From an uncultured Eubacteriales bacterium (lineage in GTDB: Bacteria > Bacillota > Clostridia > Oscillospirales > Acutalibacteraceae), in the NCBI GenBank assembly GCA_934541115.1, contig CAKTDF010000002.1, positions 20,630-84,629 of the forward strand: 64,000 nucleotides of DNA, read 5' to 3'. The notes under the pieces were generated by a model. The model was not told the origin of the DNA and did no database searches. It saw only the letters and a program-made list of their open reading frames with translations. The stretch's first letter is position 1; every line of letters starts with the position of its first letter. The position numbers were made by a program, and so were the translations under genes. Shown piece after piece: positions 9,295 to 18,917 of this stretch.

Positions 9295-9351
9295 TACAAT
9301 AAGACTGTAAAAATCCACGGATGTGGAAATTATATTAAGGAGGAGATTTCA

Positions 9352-9768
9352 ATGATTTCTCTTATTTTAGGACACAAAGGCTCCGGCAAGACCAAGCACC
9401 TTATCGCTTGTGTAAACGAAGCAATCGAAACCTCAAAAGGTAATGTTATTTGCGTTGAAAAAGAAACCAAATTGACATATGACGTTAATTACAGAGCAAG
9501 ACTTATCGCTACCGATGATTTTGAAATCAAGGGATATAATGCTTTTTATGGCTTCCTTGCAGGTGTTTGTGCAGGCAACCATGACATCACCGATGTTCTT
9601 GTTGATGCTACACTCAGAATCGGCGGAAGGGATTATAACGAGCTTTCAAAATTCCTTGAAGAGGTTTATGAACTCGGTGAGGCACAGGATAAGAAATTTA
9701 CATTTACGGTTTCAGCCGATAAAGATGAGCTCCCTGCTTCAATCTTCAATTATTGCAAGGTTCTTTAA
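9352..9768 (+). CDS. Small stand-alone P-loop NTPase-like protein, function unknown
   Basis: 138 aa with Walker A GHKGSGKT at residues 7-14 and a possible Walker B at DVLVDA. The RBS is AAGGAGGAG. Confidence 0.6.
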   Translation: MISLILGHKGSGKTKHLIACVNEAIETSKGNVICVEKETKLTYDVNYRARLIATDDFEIKGYNAFYGFLAGVCAGNHDITDVLVDATLRIGGRDYNELSKFLEEVYELGEAQDKKFTFTVSADKDELPASIFNYCKVL

Positions 9769-9781
9769 TATTAAAATTTTT

Positions 9782-9809
9782 AAAGCGGCAGGGGAACCTG
9801 CCGCTTTTT
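9782..9809 (+). terminator. Rho-independent terminator
   Basis: The stem AAAGCGGCAGG-GGAA-CCTGCCGCTTT runs into a T-tract. Confidence 0.85.
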
Positions 9810-9834
9810 CTGAATCTGATAATGTGGTGTTTAA

Positions 9835-10446
9835 ATGAATTACGAGATTGAAAAAGAATACTATGAAAAGGGCTATAGGCTCATTTGCGGCATTGACGAG
9901 GCGGGCCGCGGTCCGCTTTGCGGTCCTGTTTGTGCCGCTGCCGTTATTTTGCCGGTTGATTGCAGCATCGACGGTATTAATGACTCTAAAAAGCTGAGTG
10001 AAAAAAAGCGTGAGGCACTGTTCGACGTAATTGTTGAAAAGGCAGTTGCTTACGGTATTGCCATGTCTACGGCAAAAGAAATTGACGAGATAAATATTTT
10101 GCAGGCAACGTTTCTCGCAATGCGCCGCGCCGTTGATATGCTCCCGGAAAAGCCGGATCTTGCTTTGGTTGACGGAAACCGCAAGCCGGGACTCGATTGC
10201 GAGGAGATAACTATTGTAAAGGGAGACGCAAAATGCATTTCAATTGCCGCCGCCTCGATCCTTGCAAAGGTTACCAGGGACAGATATATGAAAGAACTTG
10301 ACAAAAAGTATCCGGAATTTTGCTTTGCAAAGCATAAGGGCTATGGTACTAAACTGCACTACGAAAAAATAGATGAGTTCGGAATATGTGACGAACACAG
10401 AAGAACATTTTTGAAAAAGCTTTTCGGTGAAGAAAATGGAAAGTAA
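9835..10446 (+). CDS. rnhB: Ribonuclease HII
   Basis: The motifs GIDEAGRGPLCGPV and DSKKLS are present, and the length of 203 aa fits. Confidence 0.95.
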   Translation: MNYEIEKEYYEKGYRLICGIDEAGRGPLCGPVCAAAVILPVDCSIDGINDSKKLSEKKREALFDVIVEKAVAYGIAMSTAKEIDEINILQATFLAMRRAVDMLPEKPDLALVDGNRKPGLDCEEITIVKGDAKCISIAAASILAKVTRDRYMKELDKKYPEFCFAKHKGYGTKLHYEKIDEFGICDEHRRTFLKKLFGEENGK

Positions 10447-10813
10447 AAGAATCGGTGACCGTGGAGAAAATATTGCCTGCAAGATTCTTATTAAGGAAGG
10501 TTATAGAGTTACGGCAAGAAACTATCATTCCCGTAACGGTGAAATCGATATAATCGCCGAAACTGCCGATTGCATTGCGTTTGTTGAAGTTAAAACACGC
10601 AGCAGCAACAGCAAAACACTTCCGCGCGAGGCTGTGGGTTATTCAAAGCAGCGTAAGTTAGTGCTCACCGCAATGCGTTATCTCCAGGCTCACAGAATTG
10701 AAAAAACACCGATGTTTGACGTGATAGAGCTTTTATATTGTGCTGATGGGACTGTTAAATATAATCATATAAAAAATGCTTTTGATATTTCATGCCTCGG
10801 AGGTTCATTTTAA
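10436..10813 (+). CDS. YraN family endonuclease-like protein (UPF0102)
   Basis: GENIACKILIKEGYRV...GEIDIIA...FVEVKTR is the UPF0102 signature. The start could be the ATG at 10436 or the GTG at 10427. Confidence 0.88.
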   Translation: MESKRIGDRGENIACKILIKEGYRVTARNYHSRNGEIDIIAETADCIAFVEVKTRSSNSKTLPREAVGYSKQRKLVLTAMRYLQAHRIEKTPMFDVIELLYCADGTVKYNHIKNAFDISCLGGSF

Positions 10814-11676
10814 TGGATTATTTTGATTTGCACTGCGACACCGTTACTGCTTTGTTTTCAGGTGAAAAAAGCACGCAAATAACGCCGGAAAAAGCTGCGA
10901 ATTTTGAAAAGTATTCTCAATTGTTTGCAATCTGGATGAATGATTCAGTTGCTCCGATTGCTGCTTTTAACAAAGCTAAGGCTGTTTGTGACTATTATTA
11001 TAATTACATAAAGTCTTTCGGTAATTCCTGCTTTCATCAATACCTTACTTTAGAAAACGGTGTGAGTCTCGGCGACGATTTAAATAATATTGAGTACTGG
11101 AAAAACCGTGGTGTAAAAGCAGTTACGCTAACATGGAACGGTGCAAATTCACTTGGCTACGGAGCCTCTTTTCAGGGAGAAAGAGGTTTGACCTTTTTCG
11201 GTAAGGAGGCTGTAAAAGAGCTTCAAAATGCAAAAATACTTGTTGATGTTTCGCATTTGAATGAAAGTGGCTTTTATGATTGTGTAAGACTTGCAAGAAC
11301 GCCGCTTGTTGCAACGCACAGCAATTGCTTTTCTCTCTGCGGTCACAGGCGCAATCTTAAAGATGAGCAGATAAAAGCGCTGTTTGATCTCGGTGGAATT
11401 ATGGGAATATGCTTTTACCCTGAGTTCCTTGGTGACGGCAATGTTTTTGAACTGATTTATGAACATATTTATCATGCTTTGGAGCTCGGAGGAGAAGATA
11501 ATATTTGTTTTGGCAGCGATTTTGATGGTGCAAAAATGAATACAGAGCTTAATTCAATTGAAAAAGTTGATAAGATCTATAATTATCTCTCACAAAAGGG
11601 ATTTGAAAAAACGCTTCTTGAAAAGATTTTTTATAAAAATGCCCAAAATTTTTTTAATTATGTTTTACACACGTAA
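10813..11676 (+). CDS. Membrane dipeptidase (peptidase M19 family)
   Basis: The start MDYFDLHCDT, then ...VDVSHL...ATHSN...GSDFDG. The ATG overlaps the yraN stop as TAATG. Confidence 0.8.
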   Translation: MDYFDLHCDTVTALFSGEKSTQITPEKAANFEKYSQLFAIWMNDSVAPIAAFNKAKAVCDYYYNYIKSFGNSCFHQYLTLENGVSLGDDLNNIEYWKNRGVKAVTLTWNGANSLGYGASFQGERGLTFFGKEAVKELQNAKILVDVSHLNESGFYDCVRLARTPLVATHSNCFSLCGHRRNLKDEQIKALFDLGGIMGICFYPEFLGDGNVFELIYEHIYHALELGGEDNICFGSDFDGAKMNTELNSIEKVDKIYNYLSQKGFEKTLLEKIFYKNAQNFFNYVLHT

Positions 11677-11726
11677 AAAAGTGTGATATCATGACTGAAA
11701 GTAGTTTTCAAAACGGAGGAATGACT

Positions 11727-13223
11727 ATGCTATACACAAGCACAAGAGACAGCAGCGTCAGCGTAACGTCTGCCGAAGCAATTGCTCACGGTATATCAAA
11801 AGACGGCGGACTTTTTGTTCCGAAAGAACTGCCGCGTATAAATAAAGATTTCATTGATTCACTTCTTGGCGTTGATTATATTACACGTGCCAAAAAAGTG
11901 CTTTCGCTTTTTTTGACTGACTTTACCGATGAAGAACTTGATTATTGCGTGAACGGCGCATATGCTAAGGGTAAATTCAGCAGCGAAAAGATAGCTCCGC
12001 TTAAAGAGCTGGAACCCGGTGTTGATGTACTTGAACTTTGGCGCGGTCCTACATGCGCCTTTAAGGATATGGCTTTGCAGCTTTTGCCTTATCTTCTTAC
12101 CGTTGCGGCAAAGAAGACGGTTGCCGATAAGACGATTGTTATTCTTGTTGCAACCTCGGGCGACACAGGCAAGGCTGCCCTTGAGGGATTCAAAGACGTT
12201 GATAAAACAAAAATTATGGTTTTCTATCCCAACGACGGTGTCAGCCCTATGCAAAAGCTTCAGATGACTACACAGGAAGGTAATAACGTCGGCGTTTGCG
12301 CAATTAACGGCAACTTTGACGATGCGCAAAGCGGAGTTAAGGCTATTTTTACCAACCCAGAGGTAATTGAAAAGCTTAATGAGAACAATATGATGTTTTC
12401 TTCGGCTAACTCAATCAACTGGGGCAGACTCGTTCCGCAGATAGTTTACTATATCGGCGCATACTGTGACATGATTGAAAACGGTACAATCAGCAACGGT
12501 GATGAGATCAACGTTGTTGTTCCCACCGGCAATTTCGGCAACATTCTCGCAGCTTATTACGCCAAGAAAATGGGTGTTCCTGTCAAAAAGCTTATTTGTG
12601 CTTCAAACGCTAACAATGTTCTGACCGATTTCTTCACTGACGGAAGATATGACAAAAACAGAAAGTTTTATACCACGGAATCTCCTTCAATGGATATTCT
12701 CATTTCGTCAAATCTTGAAAGACTTCTTTTCCATCTTTGCGGCGAAGATGATTCGCTTGTCAAAAAATGGATGAGTGCACTTTCCGGTGAAGGCAGATAT
12801 GAAGTGACAAGTGATGTGAAAAAACAGATATATGAGCATTTTGCCGCCGGTTGCTGTAACGACGAGGAAACGAATCAAACAATTGCAGAAACCTTTAAAA
12901 ATAACAGCTACCTTATAGACACACATACGGCTGTTGCCGTTAAGGTATACAGAGATTATGTTCAAAAAACAGGAGACCATACCCCAACTGTTATTGCTTC
13001 AACTGCAAATCCATATAAGTTCTCGGCGTCTGTTCTTAAAGCGCTTTCGGGTGATGAACCGTGCAACGCAGATGAATTTGAACAAGTTGAACTTCTGATA
13101 AAAAAGACGGGGGTTGATTGTCCCGGGCAGCTTTCCTCTCTTAAGGGCAAAACGCCGCGTTTTACGTCGTGTTGCAGAAAAGAAGAGATGGCAAAAGCTG
13201 TTTACAAAATGCTTGGCATATAA
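11727..13223 (+). CDS. thrC: Threonine synthase (long form)
   Basis: MLYTSTRD..., with PTCAFKDMALQ containing the PLP lysine. GGAGG lies 7 nt upstream of the ATG at 11727. Confidence 0.92.
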   Translation: MLYTSTRDSSVSVTSAEAIAHGISKDGGLFVPKELPRINKDFIDSLLGVDYITRAKKVLSLFLTDFTDEELDYCVNGAYAKGKFSSEKIAPLKELEPGVDVLELWRGPTCAFKDMALQLLPYLLTVAAKKTVADKTIVILVATSGDTGKAALEGFKDVDKTKIMVFYPNDGVSPMQKLQMTTQEGNNVGVCAINGNFDDAQSGVKAIFTNPEVIEKLNENNMMFSSANSINWGRLVPQIVYYIGAYCDMIENGTISNGDEINVVVPTGNFGNILAAYYAKKMGVPVKKLICASNANNVLTDFFTDGRYDKNRKFYTTESPSMDILISSNLERLLFHLCGEDDSLVKKWMSALSGEGRYEVTSDVKKQIYEHFAAGCCNDEETNQTIAETFKNNSYLIDTHTAVAVKVYRDYVQKTGDHTPTVIASTANPYKFSASVLKALSGDEPCNADEFEQVELLIKKTGVDCPGQLSSLKGKTPRFTSCCRKEEMAKAVYKMLGI

Positions 13224-13233
13224 ATGATCTGTT

Positions 13234-13267
13234 CCGAAAGGAGTCCGTGGGACTTCTTTCGGTCTGT
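13234..13267 (+). terminator. Stem-loop after thrC (weak terminator candidate)
   Basis: A 13-bp stem CCGAAAGGAGTCC-GTG-GGACTTCTTTCGG with one G:U. The downstream U-tract is poor (TCTGTT). Confidence 0.4.
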
Positions 13268-13280
13268 TAGGAGGGCATAA

Positions 13281-13973
13281 ATGAACATCTTTGCGATAGG
13301 TGATACGCACCTCTCGTTTGATACCGATAAACCGATGGATATTTTTAAAGGCTGGAACGACTATGTTTCACGTCTTGAAAACAATTGGCGTTCTCTTGTT
13401 GACGCAGAAGATGTTGTTGTAATTCCCGGTGATATTTCGTGGGCAATGAGTCTTGAAAAAACAGAAAAAGACTTTGCTTTTCTTGATTCATTACCCGGCA
13501 GAAAGCTGCTTATGAAAGGGAATCATGATTACTGGTGGAATACCAAGAAGAAGATGGACGCTTTTATCAAGGAAAAAGGGTTTCTTTCGCTTTCAATTCT
13601 TTTTAACAATGCATATCGCTTTGGAGATATAACCGTATGCGGCAGCCGTGGCTGGTTTTTTGATGCCGAGAATGATTCGGATAAGAAGGTACTTTTGCGA
13701 GAGGCGGGGAGACTTCGTCTTTCAATTGAGGAAGGAAAAAAGCTCGGCGGTGAAATTGTTGTTTTTCTTCACTATCCGCCGATTACGCTGTCGCAGCGAT
13801 GCGAAGAAATGCTGGATGTTTTGAAAGAGAACGAAATTAAGCGGTGCTATTACGGTCATTTGCATGGCGCTTCAACCAAAAATGCATTTACCGGTGAGCT
13901 TGATGGAATCAATTTTGACCTTGTTTCAGCTGATCATCTTGGCTTTTGCCCAAAATTTATCGGAAAATTTTGA
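13281..13973 (+). CDS. Metallophosphoesterase family protein
   Basis: The calcineurin-like phosphoesterase motifs GDTH, GDISW, GNHDYWW and HYPP are present. Confidence 0.85.
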   Translation: MNIFAIGDTHLSFDTDKPMDIFKGWNDYVSRLENNWRSLVDAEDVVVIPGDISWAMSLEKTEKDFAFLDSLPGRKLLMKGNHDYWWNTKKKMDAFIKEKGFLSLSILFNNAYRFGDITVCGSRGWFFDAENDSDKKVLLREAGRLRLSIEEGKKLGGEIVVFLHYPPITLSQRCEEMLDVLKENEIKRCYYGHLHGASTKNAFTGELDGINFDLVSADHLGFCPKFIGKF

Positions 13974-14094
13974 AAAATCTATGGTAATTTTAAATAAATG
14001 CTGATATAATACCATGGTTAAAATGTATAATGGGTATATATGGTTAGACACAAATCAACCGAGTTCTTTACCCGTTTGAAGAAGGAGCAGAAAA

Positions 14095-15429
14095 ATGAGT
14101 TTAAAATCATCAAACAAAACAGACACAAATCTTTACACCCTTGAGGTTGAAATCAGCGCTGAAGATTTTGAGGCGGCTCAGGTTAAAGCTTTTGCAAAAC
14201 AGAAGAACCGCATTTCTCTTCCCGGTTTCCGCAAGGGCAAAGTAACAAGAAAGATGGCTGAAAATTTCTACGGCAAGGGCTTTCTTTATGAAGAAGCTCT
14301 CGATATCTGCTATCCCGACGCCGTTGAGGGCGCAATCAAGGAAGCAGAGCTTGAGGTTGTCGGAACAAAGTCTGCCGATATCAAATCAATAGGTGCAGAT
14401 GGCGTTGAGCTTACTGTTGAAGTGTTTGTTAAACCCGACGTTGAAATTAAGGCTTATAAAGAGCTTAAGGCTACCAAAAAGAAAGTTGAAGCAACTGACG
14501 AGGAAGTTAAAGCTAAGCTTGACGAACTTGTTGAAAGGAATGCCAGAATTGTTTCTGTTGAAGATCGTGCCGTTAAGGACGGTGACATTGCTGTTATTGA
14601 CTTTGAAGGCTTTGTTGACGGAGTTGCTTTTGACGGCGGAAAAGCCGAAGAATATGAGCTTACAATCGGTTCCGGTTCTTTCATTCCTGGATTTGAAGAT
14701 CAAATTATCGGTCACAACAGCGGCGATGAATTTGATGTAAATGTCACATTCCCCGAGGAATACGCACCAGAACTTGCCGGTAAGGCTGCCGTTTTCAAAA
14801 TCAAGCTTCATGAAATCAAAGAGAAGCAGCTTCCTGAAATTGATGACGAATTTGCACAGGATGCAGCCGACTGCGATACCGTTGATGATCTTAAAAAGAG
14901 CATAGTTGATGAAATCAAAAAACAGAAAGAAGACAGCAACGAACGTGAGATCAGAACTCAGCTTTTTGAAAAGCTTGCTGATAATGTTGTTGCCGAGATT
15001 CCCGAAGTTATGGTTGAGACAGAGATTGATAATCAGATTAAGGACATCGATTACAGACTTTCCTCACAGGGAATCGGTTTTGAAAACTACCTCAAGTATA
15101 TGGGTATGACGGTTGAGCAATACAGAGAGCAGGCTAAGCCTGATGCAGAAAAGCAAGTCAAGATTCGTCTTGCTCTTGAAAAGATCGTTGCCCTTGAAGG
15201 CATTGAAGTATCTGATGAAGAAGTTGAAAAAGAATATGAAAAATTCGCTTCTCAGTATCAGATGGAGCTTGAGCAGATTAAAAAGATTATTTTTGCCGAT
15301 GGCCTCAAGAAAGATATGGCAATTGACAAGGCAATTGATTTTGTTCGTGAAAATGCAAAAGTCACAACTGCAAGAAAGCCTAAGGCAGCAAAGGAAAAAA
15401 CAGAAGAAACGGCTGAAAGCGTCGAATAA
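14095..15429 (+). CDS. tig: Trigger factor
   Basis: A 444-aa acidic protein with PGFRKGKV near the N-terminus and an FKBP-type middle domain. Its position upstream of clpP-clpX fits. Confidence 0.95.
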   Translation: MSLKSSNKTDTNLYTLEVEISAEDFEAAQVKAFAKQKNRISLPGFRKGKVTRKMAENFYGKGFLYEEALDICYPDAVEGAIKEAELEVVGTKSADIKSIGADGVELTVEVFVKPDVEIKAYKELKATKKKVEATDEEVKAKLDELVERNARIVSVEDRAVKDGDIAVIDFEGFVDGVAFDGGKAEEYELTIGSGSFIPGFEDQIIGHNSGDEFDVNVTFPEEYAPELAGKAAVFKIKLHEIKEKQLPEIDDEFAQDAADCDTVDDLKKSIVDEIKKQKEDSNEREIRTQLFEKLADNVVAEIPEVMVETEIDNQIKDIDYRLSSQGIGFENYLKYMGMTVEQYREQAKPDAEKQVKIRLALEKIVALEGIEVSDEEVEKEYEKFASQYQMELEQIKKIIFADGLKKDMAIDKAIDFVRENAKVTTARKPKAAKEKTEETAESVE

Positions 15430-15548
15430 TTCACGACTTTGTTTAAGCCTTTGAATTGATTCCAACAATAATTCAAAACACCGGTGTTGTGTTTGGCTCA
15501 CAGCACCGGTGCATAACACTGTATAATATAATCTAAGGAGGCATATTT

Positions 15549-16130
15549 ATGGCACTTGTACCGTATGTCATTGAACAAACAAATCGCGGTGAGCGTCAGT
15601 ACGATATTTTTTCAAGACTTCTCAATGATCGTATTATTGTTCTCTCCGATGAAGTCAACGATACAACAGCAAGTCTTGTTGTTGCTCAGCTCCTTTTCCT
15701 TGAAAGCCAGGATTCGGAAAAGGATATCAGTTTTTATATCAACAGCCCGGGCGGCTCGGTAACAGCCGGTTTTGCAATCTATGATACTATGCAGTATATC
15801 AAATGCGATGTTTCAACGATTTGCATGGGCTTGGCAGCCAGCATGGGAGCTTTTCTGCTCTCCTCCGGCGCTAAGGGAAAACGCTTTGCTTTGCCGAACA
15901 GTGAGATCATGATTCATCAGCCCTCCGGCGGAGCAAAAGGTCAAGCAACCGAAATTAAAATTGTTGCCGAACAGATTTTAAAGACTAAGGAAAGGCTTAA
16001 TAAAATTCTTGCCGAGAACACAGGTAAGCCGATTGATGTTATTGCCCGGGATACTGACCGCGATAATTTCATGACTGCCGAGGAGGCTCTTGAATACGGT
16101 CTTGTTGACAAAATTCTTTACAAGAGATAA
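15549..16130 (+). CDS. clpP: ATP-dependent Clp protease proteolytic subunit
   Basis: [11 protein letters not shown]...[11 protein letters not shown]...IHQP. The catalytic Ser and His contexts are present. Confidence 0.97.
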   Translation: MALVPYVIEQTNRGERQYDIFSRLLNDRIIVLSDEVNDTTASLVVAQLLFLESQDSEKDISFYINSPGGSVTAGFAIYDTMQYIKCDVSTICMGLAASMGAFLLSSGAKGKRFALPNSEIMIHQPSGGAKGQATEIKIVAEQILKTKERLNKILAENTGKPIDVIARDTDRDNFMTAEEALEYGLVDKILYKR

Positions 16131-16150
16131 TTTATTAAGAGGTATTGCTA

Positions 16151-17452
16151 ATGGCAAGAGATGACGAAAACAAAGATAAGCCGGTTCGCTGTTCTTTCTG
16201 CGGAAAGATACAGAGCGATGTCGGAACGCTGATTGCGGGTCCGGGGGTTTACATTTGTGATGAATGCGTTGATATCTGTCGCTCGATCATTGACGAAGAG
16301 CCGCGTTCAAAAAAGAAAAAGGGCGATGAGACCGACTTTGACTCGTTGCCAAAGCCACACGAGATAAAAGCAAGGCTTGATGAATATGTCATAGGTCAAG
16401 ATGAGGCAAAGCGGACGTTGAGCGTTGCCGTTTATAATCACTATAAACGTATATATTCGAAAAACAAGTCTGACGTTGAGGTTTCAAAGAGCAATATTTT
16501 GATGCTCGGACCGACCGGCGTCGGAAAAACAATGCTTGCTCAGACGCTTGCAAAAATACTTGATGTTCCATTTGCAATTGCAGATGCAACAACGCTCACC
16601 GAAGCGGGCTATGTCGGTGAAGACGTTGAAAATATCCTTTTGCGCCTTATTCAGGCGGCGGATTATGATATTGAAAAGGCCGAACGCGGAATAATCTATG
16701 TTGATGAGATTGATAAAATTTCCCGCAAGTCCGAGAGTACGTCCATCACACGTGATGTCAGCGGCGAGGGAGTTCAGCAGGCGCTTTTAAAAATTCTTGA
16801 AGGCACCGTGTCAAACGTTCCGCCTCAGGGAGGCAGGAAGCACCCGCAGCAGGAATTTATTCAGATTGACACAACGAACATTCTTTTCATTTGTGCCGGA
16901 GCTTTTGATGGCATTGAAAAGGTTGTTGAAAAAAGGATGGGCAACTCCGGTCTCGGTTTCGGCGCAAAGATTCGCAGCAAGGAAGAGGTTCAGGCGAGCA
17001 AGCTGATGCTTCAGGTGGTTCATCATGACCTTGTCAAGTATGGGCTGATTCCTGAACTTGTCGGTCGTTTGCCGGTAATTACAGCGCTCAGCTCACTTGA
17101 TAAAAAAGCACTCGTCAGAATTGTTACCGAACCAAAGAATGCACTTGTAAAGCAATATAAATATATGTTTTCGATGGACGGTGTAGAGCTTGAATTTACT
17201 GACGATGCACTTGAAGCAATTGCCGAAAAAACGCTTGAAACCAATACCGGCGCAAGAGGATTGCGTTCAGAATTTGAAAAAGTTCTGATGAAGTATATGT
17301 TTGACGTTCCGTCAGACCCTACAGTCTCAAAAATAACGGTTACTCGTGAGGCTGTTGAGGGAAAGGGCGAACCCGTTTTTGAACACAACGGACACGCTCA
17401 AACAACCGAAAATAATCGCTCAAACAGCTTTATTGCAAAAAATATGGATTGA
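16151..17452 (+). CDS. clpX: ATP-dependent Clp protease ATP-binding subunit ClpX
   Basis: N-terminal zinc finger CSFCGK...CDEC and Walker A GPTGVGKT. The ATG is at 16151. Confidence 0.97.
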   Translation: MARDDENKDKPVRCSFCGKIQSDVGTLIAGPGVYICDECVDICRSIIDEEPRSKKKKGDETDFDSLPKPHEIKARLDEYVIGQDEAKRTLSVAVYNHYKRIYSKNKSDVEVSKSNILMLGPTGVGKTMLAQTLAKILDVPFAIADATTLTEAGYVGEDVENILLRLIQAADYDIEKAERGIIYVDEIDKISRKSESTSITRDVSGEGVQQALLKILEGTVSNVPPQGGRKHPQQEFIQIDTTNILFICAGAFDGIEKVVEKRMGNSGLGFGAKIRSKEEVQASKLMLQVVHHDLVKYGLIPELVGRLPVITALSSLDKKALVRIVTEPKNALVKQYKYMFSMDGVELEFTDDALEAIAEKTLETNTGARGLRSEFEKVLMKYMFDVPSDPTVSKITVTREAVEGKGEPVFEHNGHAQTTENNRSNSFIAKNMD

Positions 17453-17455
17453 GTA

Positions 17456-17485
17456 TTGACATTTTCTGAAAGATTGTGTTAAAAT
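17456..17485 (+). promoter_or_regulatory. Sigma-A type promoter for secG
   Basis: TTGACA (17456-17461), an 18-nt spacer, then TGtTAAAAT (-10 at 17480-17485). Confidence 0.55.
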
Positions 17486-17515
17486 ACTCTGGTAAAAAAT
17501 TGTGGAGGTTGAATC

Positions 17516-17767
17516 ATGACTGCTCTTCAGTATGTTTTGTCAATAGTTGTTATTCTTGTTGCTTTGGTTATTATTGTTCTTGTTCTTCTTCAGGAAAGCA
17601 AGCAGGAGGGTCTCTCCGGTGCAATCGCCGGTGCCGCCGACAGCTTTTTCGGTAAGAATAAGGGCAGAACCATGGAAGCTAAACTTGCAAAGTATACAAA
17701 GATTTTCGGAACACTTTTCTTTGTTCTTGCTCTTGTTTCTTCTTTGCTTGTTCTCTTCAAAAAATAA
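17516..17767 (+). CDS. secG: Preprotein translocase subunit SecG
   Basis: 83 aa with two TM segments and LLQESKQEGLSGAIAG, which is typical of SecG. Confidence 0.88.
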   Translation: MTALQYVLSIVVILVALVIIVLVLLQESKQEGLSGAIAGAADSFFGKNKGRTMEAKLAKYTKIFGTLFFVLALVSSLLVLFKK

Positions 17768-17792
17768 TAGCTGTCAGTTCGAAGTAATAATT

Positions 17793-17824
17793 ACTCCTTT
17801 CGGTTTCCGAAAGGAGTTTTTTCT
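17793..17824 (+). terminator. Rho-independent terminator after secG
   Basis: The stem ACTCCTTTCGG-TTT-CCGAAAGGAGT is followed by TTTTTTCTT. Confidence 0.9.
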
Positions 17825-17852
17825 TGATTTTTTTAGTTTGTGTGTGTATAAT
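17824..17852 (+). promoter_or_regulatory. Sigma-A type promoter for the M42 peptidase operon
   Basis: TTGATT (17824-17829), a 17-nt spacer, then TATAAT (17847-17852). Confidence 0.55.
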
Positions 17853-17891
17853 AAAATGATATTATTTTTTGAATTTCAGAGGTGACTGGAT

Positions 17892-18917
17892 ATGGATGTT
17901 AAGGAACTTTGCTTTTCCCTTTCAAAAGCAGACGGAACACCTGGTGATGAATTTGAAGCACGCCGCGTTGCGGAAAGCTGCCTTTCAAAATATATGACGG
18001 TTAAAACCGATAAAATCGGTTCACTTGTAGGAACTGTCGGTAACGGCGATTTTAAAATTCTTCTTGATGCACATATTGATCGCATAGGTCTCATTGTCAG
18101 AGGTATTGATGAAAAGGGCTTTCTGTCTGTCTCCGCGGCGGGTGGTGTCGATGCGCGCGTGCTTGTTGGCGCAAAAGTTACTGTTCATGGGAAAAAGCCG
18201 CTCATAGGAGTAATCTGTTCAACGCCGCCGCACCTCATGACTAAGGAAGACAAAGAAAAAGGCGTTGAAATCAAAAACCTTGCCGTTGATATCGGCATGT
18301 CAATGGAAGAGGCTAAAAAGCTCGTCTGTGTCGGAGATAGAATCACTGTTGAATCGGAGCAGCTTTCACTTCTCGGTAACAGAATAGCGAGCCCGGCTCT
18401 TGATGACAGATGCGGAGCTGCTGCTTTGATTCTTGCTGTTGAAGCCGTTCATGACAAGTTAAAAAACTGCAAAATTATGCTTCAGCTTTCCTCTCAGGAA
18501 GAAGTCGGTGGAGCCGGAGCAAGAACTGCTGCCTACACTGCGGAGAGTGATGTGGCAATTGTTGTTGATGTCGGTTTCGGACTCGATCCGCATTGTGATA
18601 AAACTGAGGTAAACGAGCTTTCAAAGGGTCCGTCAATTGGCATCTCGCCGACACTTGACAGAGATTTAATGCATGAGCTTGTTAAAATCGCGAATGATAA
18701 TCACATACCGTATCAGCATGATGTTATGAGCGGACGGACAGGAACAAATGCAGATGTAATTAATATTTCACGCGGCGGTGTAAAGACCGCACTGCTTTCG
18801 ATACCGGAAAGAAACATGCATACGCAGGTTGAGGTTGTTGACCTTGCTGACGTTGAAAATACAGCAAAGCTGATTATAGGGTACATTCTCAAAAAGGAGG
18901 CTGAACTCGATGCTTGA
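17892..18917 (+). CDS. M42 family metallopeptidase (glutamyl aminopeptidase / TET-type)
   Basis: 341 aa: DAHIDRIGL, LDDRCG, SSQEEVGG. It is paralogous to the next gene. Confidence 0.88.
   Translation: MDVKELCFSLSKADGTPGDEFEARRVAESCLSKYMTVKTDKIGSLVGTVGNGDFKILLDAHIDRIGLIVRGIDEKGFLSVSAAGGVDARVLVGAKVTVHGKKPLIGVICSTPPHLMTKEDKEKGVEIKNLAVDIGMSMEEAKKLVCVGDRITVESEQLSLLGNRIASPALDDRCGAAALILAVEAVHDKLKNCKIMLQLSSQEEVGGAGARTAAYTAESDVAIVVDVGFGLDPHCDKTEVNELSKGPSIGISPTLDRDLMHELVKIANDNHIPYQHDVMSGRTGTNADVINISRGGVKTALLSIPERNMHTQVEVVDLADVENTAKLIIGYILKKEAELDA

Noticed and set aside
8860-9318. A 152-aa minus-strand ORF at the 3' end of pgi.
   Set aside because: It is antisense to the conserved PGI C-terminus and gives a low-complexity K/F/I-rich translation.
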